Below are positions 52,680 to 62,217 of a stretch of DNA of 64,000 nucleotides, one piece after another. Both the position numbers and the translations under genes were made by a program. The stretch lies in the IMG/VR virus record IMGVR_UViG_3300045988_180880, positions 288,001 to 352,000 of that record, one strand, 5' to 3'. The stretch is from a virus. A model generated the notes under the pieces. It made no database searches, was not told the origin of the DNA, and saw only the letters and a list, made by a program, of their open reading frames with translations. Every line of letters begins with the position of its first letter. The first letter of the stretch is position 1.

Positions 52680-53616
52680 GATTATACTATTGAAAAATAA
52701 ATCATTAACAGGGAGAGAAAAATCTATAGTAGAACAGAAAGAATTTAGCTTGCCAAGTAGTATAATGAAATCTATAAGAAATTTTATTGCTCCTATTAAT
52801 AAAAGAGATGGATCTAATAAAATAAAGAATCCATTAGTATTGTACGCTAGAGATCAGAAAGCTAGAAGAATTAGAGCAAATAGAAAACTAGGAATTGATT
52901 TAAAAACAAATGTTCCCAAGAATCCTAAGTTAAATCAGAGTCTAACAAAAGAGATAACAAAGGATGGAGAAAATTGGGTATTGGATAATAATGGCTGGTA
53001 TAAATTTCAAAATAACGTTGCGAGAGAATCAGCTGCTCCAGTAAATAGAGTTACATTAGGGATAAATAATCTTAAATATACAAAAATTTCTCCAAAAGAC
53101 TGTATAGATCTTTCAGAATCAAAAGCACTACTAGCTGCTAAAACAAAGAAAAATATAATAAACCTTGAAGGAAGTTTGTTAGATTCTACAACTCCTATGT
53201 CTCATGAATATGGACATATATTAAATTCTAAAAATCCAAGAACTAGAAAGGTAGGGATGAGAATTAGAAGATTACAGAATCAAGAAAACAAAACGACCTC
53301 TAATAGATTCTTTGGAAAAGCAAAATCTACATGGAATATTGCTAGATTAAATAACTCTATTGTTTCTGAAGAGAAGAATGCTTGGAAGAACGGAATAAAT
53401 GCATTGAAAAGAAATGGTGCTACTTCAGAAGATCTAAAGTATACTAATAAATATAAAAATGCAGCTTTAGATACATATAAGAGTAGTAGAAATTTAAAAA
53501 TTGTATCGAAAGTATATGACATGTTTAAATCAAAAAATTCGGTTAATCCAATAGAATCATTAATGAAAGATAGAAAATATAAATGGAATGCAGTAGATCT
53601 AGGGTCTAATTTGTAA
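52678..53616 (+). CDS. Leader-variant (MIILLKNK..EQKEFS) HExxH zinc-metalloprotease-like protein
   Basis: PMSHEYGHILN and EEKNAWKNGINALKRNGATSED. Closest paralog is 40531..41454. Confidence 0.55.
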   Translation: MIILLKNKSLTGREKSIVEQKEFSLPSSIMKSIRNFIAPINKRDGSNKIKNPLVLYARDQKARRIRANRKLGIDLKTNVPKNPKLNQSLTKEITKDGENWVLDNNGWYKFQNNVARESAAPVNRVTLGINNLKYTKISPKDCIDLSESKALLAAKTKKNIINLEGSLLDSTTPMSHEYGHILNSKNPRTRKVGMRIRRLQNQENKTTSNRFFGKAKSTWNIARLNNSIVSEEKNAWKNGINALKRNGATSEDLKYTNKYKNAALDTYKSSRNLKIVSKVYDMFKSKNSVNPIESLMKDRKYKWNAVDLGSNL

Positions 53617-53624
53617 AAAAAAAT

Positions 53625-53658
53625 AAAAAGTAGAAATCTTTGTTAATCTCTACTTTTT
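53625..53658. terminator. Hairpin between convergent genes
   Basis: Stem AAAAAGTAGA/TCTACTTTTT (10 bp). It overlaps the stop of the minus-strand gene. Confidence 0.5.
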
Positions 53659-54019
53659 ACAAATCATACTTACTTAAATAATCCTTTATTATTTTTAGAT
53701 CCCCATTATCAAATTCAATTATATTATTAGGTATATCGAATTGCCATTCTCCTGGCGCAGTATAAACGTAATTACACTCTTTACCATCATCTTCTATAAT
53801 TTGAATATCTGAGGTATTACCTTTATACTCTACCATTGGTCTAAGTCTAATTATTCTTTTATCACTACTAATAGGATTTTTAGTAAATATGAATAGTTCT
53901 ACTGATTTAGGTTTATCTTCTTCATCCCTAAATGTTAATTCAGCGTCTTCGGTAAATTCAAATTGACATGAAGACACATCTAATTCACTTTTTTTAATAA
54001 ATCTTATTCCTATTTTCAT
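53657..54019 (-). CDS. Small protein convergent with the HExxH gene
   Basis: ORF track, 120 aa. The conserved motif lies 17 nt upstream of its ATG. Confidence 0.55.
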   Translation of the reverse strand: MKIGIRFIKKSELDVSSCQFEFTEDAELTFRDEEDKPKSVELFIFTKNPISSDKRIIRLRPMVEYKGNTSDIQIIEDDGKECNYVYTAPGEWQFDIPNNIIEFDNGDLKIIKDYLSKYDL

Positions 54020-54036
54020 ATTTCTTTGGTTTTATA

Positions 54037-54054
54037 TTACATATATAAGGCTTT
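54037..54054 (-). promoter_or_regulatory. Conserved motif TTACATATATAAGGCTTT
   Basis: One of 7 copies. Confidence 0.55.
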
Positions 54055-54103
54055 GAAGTTATATGAAGATTAAAGAGAGATAAAAAAATAAGGAGGCTAT
54101 ATT

Positions 54104-54919
54104 ATGTTTGGATTTATCAGAAGATATGTAAAGAGAAAGAAGTTTAGGTCTAAGGTAGAAGTAGAACTACATGATATATTAAGAAACTTTTTTGATTTTA
54201 ACGGAAATATATATATTTATTTAGATGAGTATAGTACGGAGAGATTATTGGATTGTGTAGAAGGTCTAAAAAGTCTTCATAACAAGTATTTAGGGAAAGA
54301 TATCCAATTTTTTCATAATTGCGAAGATATTCAATATATCTTATATTCTAATATTGATCAATTAAGTAATATTATAGAAACCGATTTGGAGTCTCGAGAG
54401 TATTTATATAATTTTCTGAAAGATTATATATCTAAAAGAGTTTCTCTTAATGAATTAGATCTAAGTAGGGAATATAATAAAGAATTTTTTAATATTTTCT
54501 CAACTATCGTAAATATAATAGATGATGGCGGTATAGGTATTAATTATAAAAATTTTATTAATTCTTATCTATATTCATCTAGTATATTATTTAATGAAAT
54601 GAATGATATATTGAATGAGTATATAAAATTATATCCACTAAGTAATAAGGATATAGTTCGGGAAAAAGTGACTGTACATGAACCAAAAATGATAAAAGTT
54701 TCGGGTGATTATATACCAACAAGTGAATTCGTAGATTATTCAGTATTATATGTAAAAACTCCAAAAGATAGATATGAATTATTATCTCCTTATTCTTTAG
54801 AGGATGAAAAATATTATATCAATGAGTTTCGCAAAGAAGATGATACTAAGAAAGATTTTAACTTGGATAATATACTTTCTATAGAACACTTTATAAGAAA
54901 CTATATAAAACAAAAATAA
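54104..54919 (+). CDS. Hypothetical protein
   Basis: ORF track, 271 aa; Asn/Ile/Tyr-rich. Confidence 0.5.
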   Translation: MFGFIRRYVKRKKFRSKVEVELHDILRNFFDFNGNIYIYLDEYSTERLLDCVEGLKSLHNKYLGKDIQFFHNCEDIQYILYSNIDQLSNIIETDLESREYLYNFLKDYISKRVSLNELDLSREYNKEFFNIFSTIVNIIDDGGIGINYKNFINSYLYSSSILFNEMNDILNEYIKLYPLSNKDIVREKVTVHEPKMIKVSGDYIPTSEFVDYSVLYVKTPKDRYELLSPYSLEDEKYYINEFRKEDDTKKDFNLDNILSIEHFIRNYIKQK

Positions 54920-54922
54920 ACA

Positions 54923-57900
54923 ATGGCTGCAGAAGATATAGAAAATAAAGTAAGAAAAATGTCTTCCCAGAAACCAGAGGATGGGAAAGACTTACAACAA
55001 CTCCAAGAAGCACAAAACCAGATTGTTCAGATAAATGCAGAACGTCAGGGAAACTTACAAACAGCTAGACTCGAAAATAATGCTGATGCGGCTAATAATG
55101 AAACTATGAGTCAAGCTGTAGAGATGGCTGCACTTGGAGGATTAGGTGGAGCAGCAGTACAACAACAAGTACAGGCAATGAATCCACAAACTCAGGCTGT
55201 CTTAGGAAAATATGGACTTGGACAACCTAAAGTACAGCGAACATCTTCAAGGAGTGTACAAGTAACTCCACAGAAGATAACAATAAATAATAACACTACG
55301 AACACAACGACTAATAACGTTGCTGTTCCCGCTGCTAATATTGGTGGTCCTGTCCAAGGGAGAACATTAGCAGTAAAACAAAATCCAGATGAAGGACAGG
55401 CTCGATTTAAAACTTGGATATCTAATGCCTTTGCTAAACAGAATCAACAAGCAGCGGCCAGAGAAAAAGAATATCAACGTCGTGAGTGGTCCTTGACAAG
55501 AAGTACTAATAAATTAATGAAACACTTATCTGACTTAGGAAAGAGTGTTTCAGAGAGATTAGACCCTAGGAAATTAGCATCTTCGGTAGGTGGACAATTT
55601 AAAACTATTCTCTTCCTCTTTGGTACTATGTTCTTAGCAAAAAATTGGAAAAGAATTATTAAATTTGCTGCTAATGTAGAGACTTTCTTTTTTGGAGAAC
55701 CTGATCCAAATGATCCCAAAGCTCCAAGAGGCAGATCTGGATTTTCTAAAATGTTAATTAGTTTATTTGGAGGAGATCCTAATAGCAATAAATCTACTAT
55801 ACTAGGTTCATTAAAAGACTTGCTTTATACAGGTGATGAAAAGCGTCCTGGAGCATTCGACTACTTATTTTTAAAGATAAAGAATTATTTTTCAGAAGGT
55901 GCAGAGGCGATAAAAAATTTAGAGTTGCCAAAAATAGATACAGATGATCTTTTAGGTTCTTTAAAAAATATAGTTGGATATTTTGGAAACGTTATATCTA
56001 CGCTATTTACTGGAGCAGATGGATTAAAAAAAGGAATTGATAATCAGATAAAAGAGGTTTCTAAAAATTCTAAATATGGATTAACTAGTGATGGTAAGAA
56101 AGATTTATCGTGGATAGATGATCGTGCGGATGTTAATGAAAAATTATCAAATTTTTATACACAACATTTTAGAGAATCTTATGGAAATTTAAAAGGTTAT
56201 GAAGACTTAATAGATTCTAAAGGTAGGTTAACTGATATTGCTAGAGGAGATATAATTCATACAAGGGATAAAGATGCTAATAATTATGTAAGATATTCAG
56301 ATGTTACTGAATCAGGAGAATTGACTGGTACTGTAGGTTCTACATTTAGAGCTTCTAATGCTGTATCAAGTATGTTAGGTGATAAAAAAACTGTCAATAC
56401 TGTTGGAGTTACTAGTTTACTCGGAGATATTGAAAAGGCAGTAGATAAAAATGAAGAATCAGGAGATAAGAAGGGTATAGCTATCGAATCTTCAGAATTT
56501 TTAACAAGAACAGGACTAACTTTAGATGATATTGATGAATTGAAAAAACGTGGAGATATCACTGAAGGTAGTTTTAAATATGTTTTAGAACCAAAAACTT
56601 TAGAGGAATTAGCTTTTGAGTATAAAAATCAACCCCCAGGACCAGAAGAGGCTGCATTAAAAGCTGGATTACAAACTCATTTAGAAAATGTTACTGGTAT
56701 AGGGGATTTAAAGAAATGGGGTTTTAGATTGGCAGGGTTAGCTGGAGGTATTGCACTTTGTTTTGTTCCAGGAGGACAAGCATTAGCAATTCCTTTGATA
56801 GCTGGTGGATTAACTGCTGGTGAGTTAACTGCGCAGGCATCTCAATCACCATGGGTTAGAGGTGGATTAGCTGCTTTAAATACAAAAAAAGCAAGAGTAC
56901 TTCCTAGATATACTATGAGATTAGTTGATGTAAATGACCCTAGACCAGGAGTAGATTTAGGTCGTATGGGAGATATGTCAACAATTACTGTACCTAAAAA
57001 TCAGAAAGATGCTACTATAGTTAATGGTTATAGAATTAAAAAAGGGGTAATAAATAGGATTAAAGACAGAATTGGTGGTTTTAAAACGAAAGATAAAGAT
57101 GGAAATGTATCTTATAAATCATTTGATATAACTGATTCTGAAATAAGAACTAATATGGATAAGCATGTTAGAGGCATACAAACAGCTCTTCATGGAAAAG
57201 TGGCTGAAAATGTAGATTATGATTTGAATAATTACAAAGGCATCCAAAATGTACTGGATCTTAAAGCCAAAAATCGTGCTTATGAACAAGAAGTATGGAA
57301 TAATTCTCCTATGAAAAAAAGTGGCGAATATATAGGTGATGCAGTAGATGGTGTGAAAGGGTATATTACAGGAAATAGACCACCTGAAAAGATAACTGAT
57401 GAGGTGAGAAAGGCTAGAATACTAAAAGCCATGGATTTTGCTATGAAGGAACTTGGGATGACTAAAGAACAAGCTGCCGGGTTAGTTGGTAATTTTTTAA
57501 GAGAGTCTCAATTAGTTACTACTGCTAAGAATCCAGACTCTCCAGCAACTGGAATAGCTCAGTGGTTAGGAGTTAGAAGAAGAGCTTTTGAACATGGTAA
57601 ACTTAGTGAGAAAGAAAAAAAAGCTGGATGGAAACATTATGATGGACCAGGTTCAGGTAAATCTTTGGGAGATGCATCCTTTGAAGAACAACTTCAATTT
57701 GTTAAGTGGGAAATGGAAAATATTCCGGCTTATAGAGAAGGTTTGAAGAAAATAAAAGCTTCAAAAGATCATCTTGAAGCAGCTCGAAATGTTTTTGGAT
57801 ATTATGAATTTTCAGCAGGTCCAGAAAAATCAGCTCAACATATGGAAGATAAAGGGCAAGATGGTTGGGGATCCTTGAAAAAAGGAGAAAATTTTGCAGG

Positions 57901-58447
57901 AGATGCTTTATTAACTTACAACTCTTTTAAAGGTGATACTCTAGAAAATACCAATACTAATTCCACAAATTCTGAAGAGTCTATTTATATGGCTGATGCT
58001 TCATCTACAACTCCAGATAATTATGTAGAACAGAGAACAGATAAAGGATCTAGTATATCTACTTATGATTGGAGTACTGCAGGTGTTAATTCTTTTGGAA
58101 GTGATTCTGGATTGATAATGGCTCAGAGTAGTATTTTAGCTCCAGAAAAAGTTACACCAACTACACCAACTTCAGAAAAATCTATTCCAGGTAATACTTC
58201 AGAATCTGCTGGACGAGAATTAATAGCTGATGCAGAAAAAGATAAGACGGAAGATCTTTATACAAAAGTTTCTGATATTAATGAAAATATAAAACTTCTT
58301 TCAAAAACATCTATAGCACAAGCAGAAGCAATTAATAATGTTTCTACAGCCATAGCATCTCTTAAGTTTGGAGGAAATATAAATATGGGTGGTGGAGATG
58401 GAAGAACTAAAGTACAGAGTATTACTACTCCCCCTTATAGAGGATAA
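54923..58447 (+). CDS. Tape-measure-like protein with tail-lysozyme (peptidoglycan hydrolase) domain
   Basis: 1174 aa with hydrophobic Gly-rich segments (LAGLAGGIALCFVPGGQALAIPLIAGGLTAG). AAGLVGNFLRESQL..PATGIAQWLGVRRRAF matches the phage tail lysozyme motif pattern (GN..ES / G.AQW). Confidence 0.6.
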   Translation: MAAEDIENKVRKMSSQKPEDGKDLQQLQEAQNQIVQINAERQGNLQTARLENNADAANNETMSQAVEMAALGGLGGAAVQQQVQAMNPQTQAVLGKYGLGQPKVQRTSSRSVQVTPQKITINNNTTNTTTNNVAVPAANIGGPVQGRTLAVKQNPDEGQARFKTWISNAFAKQNQQAAAREKEYQRREWSLTRSTNKLMKHLSDLGKSVSERLDPRKLASSVGGQFKTILFLFGTMFLAKNWKRIIKFAANVETFFFGEPDPNDPKAPRGRSGFSKMLISLFGGDPNSNKSTILGSLKDLLYTGDEKRPGAFDYLFLKIKNYFSEGAEAIKNLELPKIDTDDLLGSLKNIVGYFGNVISTLFTGADGLKKGIDNQIKEVSKNSKYGLTSDGKKDLSWIDDRADVNEKLSNFYTQHFRESYGNLKGYEDLIDSKGRLTDIARGDIIHTRDKDANNYVRYSDVTESGELTGTVGSTFRASNAVSSMLGDKKTVNTVGVTSLLGDIEKAVDKNEESGDKKGIAIESSEFLTRTGLTLDDIDELKKRGDITEGSFKYVLEPKTLEELAFEYKNQPPGPEEAALKAGLQTHLENVTGIGDLKKWGFRLAGLAGGIALCFVPGGQALAIPLIAGGLTAGELTAQASQSPWVRGGLAALNTKKARVLPRYTMRLVDVNDPRPGVDLGRMGDMSTITVPKNQKDATIVNGYRIKKGVINRIKDRIGGFKTKDKDGNVSYKSFDITDSEIRTNMDKHVRGIQTALHGKVAENVDYDLNNYKGIQNVLDLKAKNRAYEQEVWNNSPMKKSGEYIGDAVDGVKGYITGNRPPEKITDEVRKARILKAMDFAMKELGMTKEQAAGLVGNFLRESQLVTTAKNPDSPATGIAQWLGVRRRAFEHGKLSEKEKKAGWKHYDGPGSGKSLGDASFEEQLQFVKWEMENIPAYREGLKKIKASKDHLEAARNVFGYYEFSAGPEKSAQHMEDKGQDGWGSLKKGENFAGDALLTYNSFKGDTLENTNTNSTNSEESIYMADASSTTPDNYVEQRTDKGSSISTYDWSTAGVNSFGSDSGLIMAQSSILAPEKVTPTTPTSEKSIPGNTSESAGRELIADAEKDKTEDLYTKVSDINENIKLLSKTSIAQAEAINNVSTAIASLKFGGNINMGGGDGRTKVQSITTPPYRG

Positions 58448-58468
58448 ATTATTTAAACAATCATAATT

Positions 58469-59608
58469 ATGGCTGGTATTACTGATGAAGAACTAGATAG
58501 GGAACTAGCAAGATGTGGATTTAACCCTAAGGATGATAATAGTGGGGCAGTTGTTTCTAGACATCATGCATTTTATTATGATAGACAAATAGATAAAGTT
58601 CTTACTCATATAACTCTTCATGCTAATTCTTATTTAGATGGAAAAGGGGAATGGCAAAAAATGGGTTCATCCTATTCTTTAGATGAAGAAGGTTATAATA
58701 CAGTACCTCTTTATAAAGGAATTCTAAATGAAGATTTTATTGTTCAAGCTGGTAATTCCTGGACTGATTTTGGAGATGATCCTATAGGTGGTATGTGGAA
58801 TAATCTAAAACCTTATGCTCCATATGCGAAAGAACTTACGAAAACAGCTGAATCAATGTTGAGAGATACAACTGGAGACAGTACTGTTGAAAAACTAGCA
58901 AAAAAAGTATTATCTGGTATAGCTACTGCAACTGGTACAGCATCTAAACTCCTTAATAGATCTCTTGTAACTCAGGGGTGTAGATTTTCTTACTATTCTG
59001 GAACTAGTACTAGTTTTGGAAATTTAGCTATGAAATTTACAGTACTTCCTGATTATTCTGGTGGAGTATTTAAAACGGTTTCAGAACAGCTTCAAGAGTT
59101 ATATCCATATATAATGGGTAAATATACTCAAGGAGTTGTTGATGAAAATGGAACAGTACTAGGATCAAAAATTGAATCTAATAAAGAAGGCGTTAATACT
59201 GGAATTACTGGAGAAGATGGAAAATTGCTTAATACATTTTTTAGTTGGCAAATGCCTCCTGCTGGATATGAGCCGGATCTTTTAAATATGGATACTATCT
59301 TAACTGGTACACTCAAGCTAAAATTTGGGGCTTTTTATGCACTAAATTCTCTTGTATGTACTAATGCTCAATTTAGTTTTTCAAAGCAAGTAGTAAAATA
59401 TTGGGATGCATCAAAGAAAATGAATACTTTAAGTCCATTATACTGTGATGTTATTCTTAATTTCCAACCATCTACTAAATACTCTGATATATCACTTCAG
59501 AAATTTATTAGTGGACAGTCTACAAAAGATTTTATTACTGCTGCGAAAAATAATATGAGAGATGGTCTGAAAAGAGAAAAAGATAAAATAGATAACTTAT
59601 TAAAATAA
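58469..59608 (+). CDS. Tail/baseplate protein, paralog A (tube-baseplate junction candidate)
   Basis: Shares NSWT(S)DFGD, KPYAPY, LNR(S/A)LVT..GRFSYYSGT..FGNL..KFT, LKLKFG..Y with 59613..60812. Confidence 0.4.
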   Translation: MAGITDEELDRELARCGFNPKDDNSGAVVSRHHAFYYDRQIDKVLTHITLHANSYLDGKGEWQKMGSSYSLDEEGYNTVPLYKGILNEDFIVQAGNSWTDFGDDPIGGMWNNLKPYAPYAKELTKTAESMLRDTTGDSTVEKLAKKVLSGIATATGTASKLLNRSLVTQGCRFSYYSGTSTSFGNLAMKFTVLPDYSGGVFKTVSEQLQELYPYIMGKYTQGVVDENGTVLGSKIESNKEGVNTGITGEDGKLLNTFFSWQMPPAGYEPDLLNMDTILTGTLKLKFGAFYALNSLVCTNAQFSFSKQVVKYWDASKKMNTLSPLYCDVILNFQPSTKYSDISLQKFISGQSTKDFITAAKNNMRDGLKREKDKIDNLLK

Positions 59609-59612
59609 TAAT

Positions 59613-60812
59613 ATGCCATTAAATACAGCAGAAAAACCGGGAAAAATAAAAACTCCTAATCCTCCATCATTAGGAAGTATGGTTAAATCATCTCCTTCTG
59701 CCCCAAGAATTGAAGTTCCACAACAAAAACATTATGGAGAAGGAATGAGTAGTGGAACCAAAGTTAGTGGATTTTACTATGATACTAATCGTGGTAATGA
59801 TTTAATGTCAGTTTCTCTTCATTATAACTCCGTTCTTTATGATGATGGATCTTGGGGTGAATATCACGGTGCAAAAGACGATGATGGGTATTCTTATGAA
59901 CCATTATGTAGAGCTATTATGTCTGAAGATTATCAAGCTGCTATTTCTAATTCTTGGTCTGAATTTGGAGATGAAAAGATTAATGATGTATTTAATCAAT
60001 TTAAACCTTATGCACCATATCTATCATTTTTCTCTAAAGAACTTGAAAAAATGAATAGTGCAGAAGAGGAAATGAAGACTGGATCAGAAGAGGATAGGAT
60101 GGCTATATTTAGTACTATTGGACAAATATTTGATAAAACAACTGATGTTCTAGAAAAATTAGCAAAAGCAGGAACTGATTATTTAAATAGAGCTTTAGTA
60201 ACTAAGACTGGAAGATTTTCTTACTATTCTGGTACTGGAGTTGGATTTGGTAATCTAACGATAAAATTTACTATATTTTCTGATTATGTAGATGGGAAAT
60301 TCAAATCTGTATATGATCAGATTATGGAATTATATCCATATTGTTTTGGAAAATTAGTTAAGTTTTTAAATGATAGTGGAGAGCCAGCAAGTAAAGATGA
60401 TACTGAAGTAGCGTTGATAAAAGAATTAGTTGATAGATATTTTGGTTGGCAGATCCCTCCTGGTGGATTTAAAGCTGAGTTGGATAATATAGATAAAATA
60501 CAATTTGGAACTCTTAAACTTAAATTCGGCTCACTTTATGCTATTGATAATCTTGTTTGTGAGAGTGCTACTTTCCAAATGTCTAAACAAATGATGAAGA
60601 GATGGGATACTGGATCTAAAGAAAATGATCTATGTCCTTTATCTTGTGATATTACAATGACTTTCAAACCAGCATCTAAATTTACTGATGTTAGACTTAA
60701 GAGATTAATAGGAGGAGATGCTACACAAAAAGAAAGACAAGCGATGGAGTTAATATTACAAGATAATATAAATAAAAAAATAGAAGAAAATAAAAAATTA
60801 TTAGGAGGATAA
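59613..60812 (+). CDS. Tail/baseplate protein, paralog B
   Basis: Tandem paralog of 58469..59608. Confidence 0.4.
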   Translation: MPLNTAEKPGKIKTPNPPSLGSMVKSSPSAPRIEVPQQKHYGEGMSSGTKVSGFYYDTNRGNDLMSVSLHYNSVLYDDGSWGEYHGAKDDDGYSYEPLCRAIMSEDYQAAISNSWSEFGDEKINDVFNQFKPYAPYLSFFSKELEKMNSAEEEMKTGSEEDRMAIFSTIGQIFDKTTDVLEKLAKAGTDYLNRALVTKTGRFSYYSGTGVGFGNLTIKFTIFSDYVDGKFKSVYDQIMELYPYCFGKLVKFLNDSGEPASKDDTEVALIKELVDRYFGWQIPPGGFKAELDNIDKIQFGTLKLKFGSLYAIDNLVCESATFQMSKQMMKRWDTGSKENDLCPLSCDITMTFKPASKFTDVRLKRLIGGDATQKERQAMELILQDNINKKIEENKKLLGG

Positions 60813-60813
60813 A

Positions 60814-61119
60814 ATGTATACTAAAAAAGATGAGATAATTAGCAATAAGGAAAATCTTTCAAACTATATAGATGGAATAGATGTATATAACTCTAGTATA
60901 TTAGTATACTTAAATAATCCAATTATAGAAAGAGAATCTTATGAAATAACAGCATATGAATATAGACCAGATCTTATTGCAGAGGATTATTATGGTTCTA
61001 CTTCATATGCTGGCCTCCTAATGTTACAGGCTGCTAGAGGGCTTGAAACTTATAAAAGAGGCGCAATTTTAAAATTAATTCCAAAAAGAGTATTAGATAA
61101 CATATTAGGAAGTTTATGA
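60814..61119 (+). CDS. LysM-like tail protein X candidate
   Basis: YEITAYEYRPDLIAEDYYGSTSYAGLLMLQAARGLETYKRGAILKLIP fits the LysM/gpX pattern. Positioned between the TMP and the hub. Confidence 0.4.
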   Translation: MYTKKDEIISNKENLSNYIDGIDVYNSSILVYLNNPIIERESYEITAYEYRPDLIAEDYYGSTSYAGLLMLQAARGLETYKRGAILKLIPKRVLDNILGSL

Positions 61120-62207
61120 AATATATTAATTCTTATAAGGTTTCTATTAATTTCACTCCATGGTTTGACTCTGGGTATAAATTTGATAATATCCATATGT
61201 ACGAAGAACTTGGCGGAAAAATAGCTAGTGGGGAAATTAGTATGTCACATGACGGTTCTGGGGAAGCTCTTAAATTAATTACAGATCAATATACTGGACA
61301 GATAACTTTGGAGAAGGAAGGTGGAAATATTTATATTATTGATGTTTTCATAATTAATAAAAAATATTTTAAAAACTTTTTAACTCTAAACTTTATCTGT
61401 ATAAAAGATAAGAAATTTTATACAGAACTTATACAAGCTGAGTGGGATGATATCACTTCAGCTATTGAATCTTTATATCCAGGAAAAAAGGATATAAGAT
61501 GTAAATGTGATATTAATAATAAACTTACAATTTTTCAAAACTCAGAAACAAATCAATCATTATGTTCTAAATTATCATATGGATTTAAGAAAAAGTCTAT
61601 ATTTGCTTATGGATGGGAAGGGTATTTAATGAAGGAGATTATAGGTATTGATCATGGAGGAAATCAAGAACCATATTATAGTATAGAGGGTTCTTCTGAA
61701 TTCTTACAATTAGATTCTTATAACCTAAATTATAATCCTTTAATTTATTATACTCCAACTAATCCATGGGAACCGGTTAAAGGAGATGAGAATAATGGGG
61801 AGCAAGCAAATAATAGTACAGATGATTATACAGATCTTCAACCTAAAAATTCTAGAACTCTCCAATTTTATGAAGATTATACAATTGTTGGAAAAGATTT
61901 TGAACAACTTATGCATAACTATTGGAGAAACTTAGGATATATGAATTCTGATTTCTTCACTGCATTTAGAATAAAAGATTTTGATATGCCTAAATATAAA
62001 CTTGGTGATATCTTGAAGTATAAACGTGGTGAGCAAAAAACAGAATTACCATTTAAATTATTCTTAGTTCGATCTAATGAATTATTTATGGCTATTGAAG
62101 ATTCCAGTTCTGTAGGCCCTGATGGAGAGAGTTTTTCTTGGACTTCATTGTTATCAGGTGTAGAGGAAAAAGAAGAAATATTACCAATTGTAGATCCAAC
62201 AAATTAA
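61116..62207 (+). CDS. Baseplate hub (gpD/Mu gp44-like) candidate
   Basis: Size (363 aa) and position between the X-like gene and the spike; no motif recognised. Confidence 0.3.
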   Translation: MKYINSYKVSINFTPWFDSGYKFDNIHMYEELGGKIASGEISMSHDGSGEALKLITDQYTGQITLEKEGGNIYIIDVFIINKKYFKNFLTLNFICIKDKKFYTELIQAEWDDITSAIESLYPGKKDIRCKCDINNKLTIFQNSETNQSLCSKLSYGFKKKSIFAYGWEGYLMKEIIGIDHGGNQEPYYSIEGSSEFLQLDSYNLNYNPLIYYTPTNPWEPVKGDENNGEQANNSTDDYTDLQPKNSRTLQFYEDYTIVGKDFEQLMHNYWRNLGYMNSDFFTAFRIKDFDMPKYKLGDILKYKRGEQKTELPFKLFLVRSNELFMAIEDSSSVGPDGESFSWTSLLSGVEEKEEILPIVDPTN

Positions 62208-62217
62208 ATAGAAAAAT

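Noticed and set aside
59839-60054. Internal plus-strand ORF 59839..60054 and similar short ORFs (2397..2654, 4551..4838, 6599..6820, 55474..55788, 56284..56562).
   Set aside because: They are nested out-of-frame or antisense within longer supported genes and have compositionally biased products.
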